64,000 nt of DNA. Source: Azolla caroliniana (Eukaryota > Plantae > Polypodiophyta). Below are positions 55,645-64,000 of the stretch, piece by piece. Position numbers and translations under genes: made by a program. The notes below the pieces were generated by a model. That model did no database searches and had not been told where the DNA came from. It saw nothing but the letters and a program-made list of their open reading frames with translations. Within the stretch, counting starts at the first letter, position 1, and every line of letters starts with the position of its first letter. The stretch lies in contig JBHGNT010000021.1 in NCBI GenBank assembly GCA_043228905.1, forward strand, positions 3,038,001-3,102,000, read 5' to 3'.

Positions 55645-58600
55645 ATGGTGAAGAGAAAGCAGCTGAAGATCGGAGAAAGAGCTCCTCATCTGTCAGAAAT
55701 TCCTTCAATTGACCGTCTAGAGCAGCATAGATCTTCCCATGATACAAATGTGCTTGATACAAAACAACAGAGCCCTTCGATAATGAATCCAAAGAGGAAG
55801 CGACGACGTCGGTTTCATAAGGAAAGTCCTATAGTTTTATCTTCTAAACATAGCAAGAAAGATGGACATGGTAAAAATCGTGTGGTGGATACATTATTGT
55901 CCCTTCAGCAATTGAAAGAATCAGAGAGAGAAGGTGGAAAGAAAATGGGTGAACATAAAGCTGAGAGACATGGAAGTGGTCGTAAGAGGCTGTATACTGG
56001 TAAGAATATCACGAGTTTTTCAGAGTTAGAAACTTTGAGAAACTATATCGAAGGTCTGGGTGGAATTTTTGAAGATGGATGGCATATTGATGTGCAGCGT
56101 AGTCTAAATACAGGCAAGCTGAGTAAGTCCTTTATCTCCCCACACAATGAAAGATTCAGATCACGGATTGAAGTGGCTAGACACTTGGGATTGAACCCGA
56201 CAAGAGTGGGTACTGCTCATTTACTGTCAAGAAGCACTGTACCGATTGAATCTCAGGATAAGAAAATGGATGATGACGTTACTTTGCAAACACAGACTCT
56301 AGAAGACCATGAAAATCAGCTTTATGATGGAGGGGGGAGCCTTTTGTCGCATGAGGAATGCAAGGTGACTTTGTGTTGTTACATCTATTTGTATTATATT
56401 AATGATGCAGGGTGATTATAGTATGGTGTTGATAGAATGCTGTCTGAAACTTTGCAGAAAGATTATTCCACAACCAAGGCAGAAAATCGTGCAGTCCATG
56501 TGAATTCTAATGCAATAAAACCATCTGAAGGAATGGCAACATCTTCTGAGGTTATCAGACCAATGGTAGTGGCTCCATCTGCTGCTCTTGTAACACAACG
56601 ATGTGAAGAAACTTTGAGGAGTATTATATGTACAGATAAATTTGCAGCCCTAAGCAAGATGTTCAATCAATCAACGTCATCTGGATCATTAGAGGGTGTT
56701 TTGCAGCTCAAGTCCCCACCCTTAGTTGCTGGTTCTCTTGACTTGCAATTAATACACCTGAGACTATCAACAGGAGCTTATGGGAGATCACCTCAGCTAT
56801 TTTATGGAGACATCCAGCAGGTACTAGATCACAGCGTGGTTAATTTATATTCCGAAACTCTACTTATTATTTTGTCAGTATCTCGATTTTTCTCTGTTAA
56901 GCCCTTTGCTTCTAAAATAATGCAGAGAATTCTTATCAAATCTGATTTAAAACTAGCCATCAATTTGGAGTTTCCTATATATTTTATTCATTTTAAAGTC
57001 ATATAGTTGGTTGGTTCACTACTGATTCTCTAATGTCAACAAATTTCAAGGTTCGTGGATGAACTATGAATAATCTCTATGGTGGAGGCCAATAGACGTT
57101 GGTTTCTGCTCTAGCAGAACAGTAGTGCCATTGAATACCTTCCGGTTTTTTGTTACTGTGATAAATGACCCTTCAGATGGGATCTAGGCCAGATCCCATC
57201 ATGACACATTCTTTTCGTCATTGTAAGTTCATTCATGGTTTTCTTGCTCTATGTCTTTTAACAAATTAAAACTCCCTTGAAGGATGCAGCCCCTTCACTC
57301 TCAAGCGCATAGCCCCCCAAAGGATTTCTTCCCACACCATACACATGGCTCTCTTCCTCTCTCAGTAGACATAGAGTAAGCTTCACAACACTATATTCTA
57401 TTTATTATTAAGGTATGCACAGATACAACTCATTATAATAACAAAGGTCATGCTCTTAAAATGTATGGTGACAAGCTAAACCACGGAAGGTTGCATCGCA
57501 AACCAGCCTTCAACCTCTCTCTTGCTTAGGCAACCAAATATTTCTGAAAGCAAAGGGAAGAAAGGATAAAGATGCATGAGTATCAATGAATGTAGGCAGA
57601 AGATGAAGCAGTAAAGGAGCAAAGACTAGCAAACTTGGAAACCCTTTTGCTCATGTGCCAGTTCACACACACTATTCACGTAATGCGAAGATGCACCACC
57701 AATCTTTGCTCCTTCGATATTATTTCACTTTTTTCCTGCGTGCACTTATTCTCGTGGATTGTTTTCATTCTTTTTCTTTGCTTTCATGCTTTATTGGTTG
57801 CCTAAAGAGACCTCATGGTTAATCCATTGTCTCTAGGATCCCCTGACTCTATGTAAGCCTATGTGCAACAAATAGAATTGTTTTCATTGCATCTAGCATA
57901 TAAGAGATGATGCAAGGTGAAGATGCCTTGAAATGTCTGAATGATGCATGTTTGGTGTGGCTAAATTTGGCATTTTCATATCTTCCTTATGTTCCTTCTC
58001 AACTCCTTGGCTTATTTTGTCTGCATTGTACTTTGCAGGTGTGGACAAACATTATCTCAGCTGGAAATGAACTGATTAAATTGTCACAGTCTCTTTTGGA
58101 CCTTTCAAACAATCTATATAAGCAACAGGTCATTTGTCATTATTTAATATATTTTTAATTCTCTGCTGTGTTGGATTAGTATACTAGGATTTCTGAAACA
58201 CCATAAATCCGGAAAGCTTCCTTAAACAAATGTACAACACAAATAATTACGTATATAAGTGGAACAACAAGGTTCTCAAAGCATTGAATGCTTGAAGTTC
58301 ATCTAAATTGTTAGCCTAGAGGATGGTGCAATGAGGCGTTTTAGTATTAGATGTTTTCATTTCGAATATATCTCTAGATCCCTTCTATCATGCCATGATA
58401 TTGACCTAATGTGTTGCATAGTGGCCATCTATCGTTTTCTTTTGCAGTTTGTGTTTCCAATCACACACACATCATGTGTGGATCTCGTACTGGATACCAT
58501 TGACAGATGATTTATTAAAGATTGGTATTTTTCATGATGTACCAACCCAGAAGAGACACCCTTGGATGATTTATATTCTAGAAATTCCTTCATATGCAAG

Positions 58601-61600
58601 GTATTGTTTGCCCCATTGTTATTGGGGAATGGATTCCAGGTCCTCTATTATGAACCAGGAAATAATTTGTTACCGCTAATTTAGAATGGATGTAACTCGT
58701 TTTTTCTAGTGGGATGACTGTAAACCAGGAAATAAATTTGCATGTCAGGACACAATATGCTTTAAAAATGAACACTTCATGACTGGGCTTTTGACACTGG
58801 AGGGCGCCGCGAAAATGGGCTGAATAGTAATACGTAGAGTGCGTGTGACTACGTTTGATTATTTGCAAATGCCCCTATTTGTAGGATGAACAGCCAAAAA
58901 GTAATGTTACCGGCTCTTCAGACCTGGAAACAAAGTGTTTGACAGTTTGATTGCATCTTTTTGCAAGCTGGGCTGATATATCTAATCTATGGCACCCATT
59001 CGTGGATTATGAATGTAGATCACAAATATATTACAAATTACAAGGAATGATCTGTCAATTCAATACAGAAGTTTAAACATGACTAAAAGACCGAATCACA
59101 AGAACTTATTGGTTGCGCAACGTAAGTGTTATCACAGGCATTTACAAAAATCTGAAGCTTGTATAGCTTAAACCCCAATATTTATAGTAGTTTTGAGGAG
59201 ATCTAGATTGATTATGAATGTAGAGCTTCCAAATTAGAAGGAATGATATGTCAATTCATTACAAGAGTTTAAACATGACTAAAAGACCAAATCACAAGAG
59301 CTTATCTTGGTTCTGTAACATAAATGGTATCACAGGCACTGACAAGAATCTGAAGCTTATATAGCTTAAAGCCCACTATTTATAGTAGTTCTGAGGAGAG
59401 CTAGAGCATTCCAGAAAGTTAATGCTGAAAGGCAGTGAAAATGTTCCAGAAAAAGCACTTTCTAGAATGCCATAGATCAGAAATGGTAAAATCTTCAAAA
59501 GGACTTCAATCTATGACATATGGAGTTATTTGAAGAGTGAAAAGACACTTTCAGGAACTAATGATAAATTGAGGTTGCCAATCACTAGTAATGATGTCAG
59601 GAAAAGCCCATGGCATCTATTGATAGGATCAGCCAGCCTCCAAATGATAATCTCAGACAAATTCATAAAAAGTAAAAGTATTCAAGAGGTCCATTATCAT
59701 CGTTCAGCTTAGCTATGATGAAAGGAAATACTTGTTACTGATTCTTCTCACTCCATAGATTGTTATAATCATTCAAGTTAGCCACATTCATGGCATCAGT
59801 TAACTTGAGCTACACACACAGATTATTGTCATCTTTGACTGCAAATGTTATACTTGGACCAATTATATCTTTGTTGCGTCAGTGAAGCTGAATATTGAGT
59901 TACTCCTTTTGACATGATTTATGATAGAAGCTCCTGCATATAGGGATGTAAAAGTAACTCATACACAGATTATCTTTACCTTCAATAGTAAAATGTCGAC
60001 TAAGTCCTTTAAATGTGCTTTATGTTAGAACCTCCTGGAATTAGACGTGCAAATATAACTCATATCCTAGAAAATGAGAACAGTTGGTTGTTTAATGCAT
60101 CGCTTACTAGGATTAATGCAGACCTAACTTGAATTAGCTCTGTTGCGCAAATTCTTATCTTGAAAACCTAAGTAGCTAGAATGTCGGCTATGATGCCATG
60201 GCAACATGGTTGAGAAACTAAGAGGATGAGGCAAATAATGCAGACATATACTGAAAATGGAAATATGACTCCTTTAACAGATAAGGATAATGTACAAAGT
60301 CAGACGAATGGCATGGAGATCAAAGTTTCCTGAGCGTGCTCTACTGTCAGGAAAGGGTCCTGATAATATGGGCTGAACAGTTGGGAGCTAGGACAGCCTA
60401 TCCTTTGATAATACAATTTTTTTGTTGTTTCTTTGAGTATACTCAAATTGGCTCTCATTCAATTTCATGGCTAGGAGCATAATGTTAGAGATAGAGATAC
60501 CATAGAAAATGATAAAATGAGGTGAAGGGTGTAAACTTTCACAGTCTGCACTCCCACATTACGTTTTTTTGTTGAGAGCTGATGTTTCTATGAGTGTATA
60601 TTATACATGCAGGCTTTCTCTAACAAATACTGTAGTATTGTATAAAGGATTTTATTGATAAGCCGCCCTTTCTCTCACATACATTTGATAAGCTTCTAGG
60701 TCAGCTTCTGTTGTGGTGGTGGTTGACATAATAAAGGGATATAACATGGTGAGTGACACAGATGATTTCCATCATGTTTATGCTGGATGCTAAGCACCTT
60801 GAGATCTTGAGCTTTTGATAGAGCAATTAAAATTTGTTTAGCTTATTCTCATGCTTTGGGAGGTTGGATCGATTGTAGCATCTTCAGGAGGGCCTTTCAA
60901 ATTGTGTTCATATTGCACGCCTTGAGATCTTGAGCTTTGGATAGAGCAATTAAAATTTGTTGAGCTTGTTGCCAGGCCTTGGGAGGTTGGATAGAGGCAA
61001 TCATGATGGATAGATCCTGGCTATTGTTTTAACTTCTACCTCAGAAGTTGTACCTCTTAGGATATCGCTAAGCAATGTGGTAAATATTTGTTTATTACAA
61101 GGGAATGGACTCTTCCATAATTTTCTTAGTTTTTAGGGTCCAATCTCACCCCCACCAATCCTTTAAAGTTAGTTGCTCCATTCGGGAACCACTGCATATG
61201 TGGTGGGCCACTATGCTGTTTCAAAGATCTGGTTGGCTAATTGTTCTCTTATTGTTATATAGTGATAATTAATGACAATTATAAGGATATGTTTGTCATG
61301 CTCTATGTTGATAAGCTGGATGGGACCAATTATATCTGTATAAAATATTGAATAAAACATGTATTGATGGCAAAAAGGTGTGGATGTTAATTCAATTCTT
61401 TGTCTTGAAGTATGTATAGTATACAGTCCTGGATTTAAGAAAAAGAATAAAATCTTTTGAGGATTACGATGCTATTCAACCCAATGAGCTGATCTGGGAT
61501 ACTCTTAACTGATTGTAAGTAGGGTGTTCGTCAGACTTTATTCCAACATCACCTCCATCCTTACAATGTCAGAAGTGTCATCCACCTAACTGTAGAACAG

Positions 61601-63489
61601 AATGGCCTTTCTGACAAATACTTTGGCCATTGAGGCAATACCTCTTCTTTATTAATCAGACAGTCAACGATCTGTTCCTGAAGTCTATGTCAGCCCTAAT
61701 TCATTTCCTGCATATATCTTATTGGAAAATGCAATGTTACCTCTTATTTCCTATTTATTTCTAGAACTAAGCCTGTATTTAAAATTTCTCCTTTATCAAG
61801 CCTGAATTTTCCTGAAGTGTCATGATGGGTGTAATCACCGAAGCTGATGATCATCTACGTGTGTTGCAGGTTATGCCTTTATTTCAGGCTCCCCCAGGAG
61901 AAAGGGCTCCACCAATGAGCATTTCACTTCCAGATCAGAAGCTGGCAGAGAACCATGCAGAGTCTTCAAATTTACATCTTCATAAACAGTCCATAGATTG
62001 GAACGGGATGTCATTTGATAACTCCCAGATCTCACAGGAACATCATTTGGTACAGCCTTCTCATCCAAATTCTAGACTTCGAGTGGCTGAGGAGGCAATG
62101 CCTCCTGTACTTGGCTCTCCAAGATCAACCGGTGTGGTCGTTAGTGGTAAATCATTAATATATCCAACATCTGCTAATTCGCCAGAGCTAAAGGTTTATG
62201 TAAAGAAGTTTAATGGCAAATCAAGGAAGTCAAAAGGTAAAAACCACACTAATGACAAAGATAGATCGAGTACAATTCCAGCACCAAGTTTATGCAATAA
62301 TTGTGGGCTTGACGGAAGTGAAGATTGGATTGTCTGCAAAAAGTGCAATGCAGGATTCCATGTTCATTGTGTTGATCCTGCTTTGAATGACATTCTTCCT
62401 GATAATCAATGGTGTTGTCCTGAGTGTATCACAAAAAATGTTGTGGAGCATTCATCCGAATTGGGTCATGATAAAGAGGTTGTTTTTGAGGAAATCAGAC
62501 AAGAATCATGTGTGCTAGATTCTGATGTAATCAATAAATCAGGCAGAACATTAAAGATATCAGGCAAACCACATGGAGGTGGTGCTTGTAAGAAAGTGGA
62601 TAATAATGTGCTTCTGAGCAATGGTTGTGATACAGCTTATTGTATGGCTCGCATGAATACGTCTATTTTGAGCAAACCGGAGGAATTTCATAATTGTTCT
62701 GTATATGATGATCGAATTTCCAACGACTCCATTTGCCCACTTTTAAAAGAGACCATCAAACATGCATCTTTTCATGAGGCTTCCATTGGACGTATCATGA
62801 AGAAGACATTACTGAAGCATAGCAATATCAGGTCTCCAGACCATGGCATTGATCATGCATCTATCAAACCTCTTAATCATGGAGTTCCTGAGCATGCTGA
62901 TGTTAATGTATCTATGGAGCATCTTAATCATGGGTCTCCAGAGCATGGCATTGAACATGGATCTATAGAGCGTCTTATGGAATGTGGAATTGAGACAGAT
63001 GATTTTGAGCGTCGATCACCAGATCCAAGTGTGGAAAATTTATCTCCTGACCATGCCTTTCTAATAGAAAACGAGAACGAGAACGAGAACGAGAATGAGA
63101 AGAATGAGAACGAGAATGAGAATGCATGTAAGATTTGTGGAGTTGAAAACAAGAGGCCTTGTGTTTCTTGTGCGGGATGTCCAAGACGCTATCATCTATC
63201 TTGCCTTCAGCCAACTCTAAAAAGAGTACCACGAAAGACTTGGTTTTGCCCCTCTTGTCTGTGCAGGGCATGCAAAATTGATGCAGATGATGACCAGATA
63301 CTCTTATGTGATGGGTGTGATGAGGGCTATCACACATATTGCCTCAACCCCCCACTTCCAGAGATACCTGAAGGCACATGGTTTTGTCCAACTTGTGCAG
63401 GGTCCAAAAATATTGCACTCAATTCACCTAGCAAATTCGAAGTGCTGAAAAGAAAGCGGAAAAGCACAGAGCCAAGAAGATCTATTTGA
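55645..63489 (+). CDS. MBD9-related chromatin protein: MBD-like domain, degenerate bromodomain, three PHD fingers
   Basis: Exons 55645-56364, 56458-56820, 58039-58128, 61870-63489, all phase 0. GWHIDVQR...FISPHNERFRSRIEVARHLGL (MBD); LDLQLIHLRLSTGAYGRSPQLFYGDIQQVWTN (MBD9-type bromo); three C4HC3 PHDs. Probable non-coding first exon ends at 53932. Confidence 0.9.
57526..57805. mobile_element. MITE-like element (Tourist/PIF-like ends) in an MBD-PHD intron
   Basis: Perfect 12-bp inverted ends ttaggcaaccaa...ttggttgcctaa, extended by tgaaagcaaag/ctttgctttca. Confidence 0.7.
59042..59406. repeat. About 197-bp tandem duplication in an MBD-PHD intron
   Basis: aaggaatgat.tgtcaattca...gtttaaacatgactaaaagacc...tatagcttaaa...tgaggaga.ctaga at 59042 and 59238. 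Confidence 0.9.
60797..60992. repeat. About 73-bp direct repeat x2 at about 123-bp spacing
   Basis: ccttgagatcttgagcttt.gatagagcaattaaaatttgtt.agctt...ttgggaggttggat twice. Confidence 0.88.
63067..63123 (+). repeat. Coding (GAGAAC/GAGAAT)n microsatellite encoding poly-(EN)
   Basis: ENENENENEKNENENEN directly before the tandem PHD pair. Confidence 0.9.
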
Positions 63490-64000
63490 TGGGTGCATCT
63501 TTTTGTTGTTCCTAACAGTCTATTTGATGGGTGCATGGTTTTGTTGTTCCTAACGGTCACTACATTTTCTTGTATATTTAGTTACAAACATGTATCTCAT
63601 CGGGTATTGTTATTGCTTAAAGAACAAAATGCAAATGTTGCACTAACATTAGAGTGAAGGCTTAGAATGCAAATGCATGTGACATGTAGTGAGCAAGCTC
63701 ATATGCTAGGCCACACCTGAGATGCATCACTGGCATATGGCTATACCCCAAGGATAAAAATGGATTCATATTAACTAGCTATTTTCATGTCTATGAAATG
63801 TGTTCAAATTGATGTCGTGTAACTAAGAAGACCACTTGAAGGTGACAGTAAACTAAAGGCTGAGGTTGATTCCTCTGTTCAATCATAATTGATTATTGTG
63901 GTTTGATGTAATATAGACATGCAAATTTGAATACGTATGTCTTCTGATATTCCTATGGAAAATGGCTAACTACAATATTGTTTATTAATCCCAACAAATT

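Noticed and set aside
58885-58950. Possible extra exon (DEQPKSNVTGSSDLETK) in the long MBD-PHD intron
   Set aside because: Acceptor is plausible but I found no in-phase donor, and the flanking exons already join in frame.

Overview
Gene-dense nuclear DNA from a land plant (GT-AG introns, plant gene families; a non-seed plant such as a small-genome fern is my inference). Spliced by hand, it holds: the 3' end of a ROP GTPase, an orphan 118-aa ORF, KIWI/PC4 (absent from the ORF track), plastid diaminopimelate decarboxylase, a strongly divergent SWEET, a plastid 13-type lipoxygenase, RabA4, AKR2, tRNA-Phe(GAA) and an MBD + bromo-like + triple-PHD chromatin protein. A TE block at 26-37 kb has an internally deleted Ty3/gypsy element whose protease is fused to a long coiled-coil extra ORF. 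It also has two tandem LINE fragments, each starting at the RT xADD motif directly after a (GA)n tract, which is the most unusual feature here. Many introns carry private diverged tandem arrays and MITE-like foldbacks. No database searches were run; consensus comparisons are from memory.
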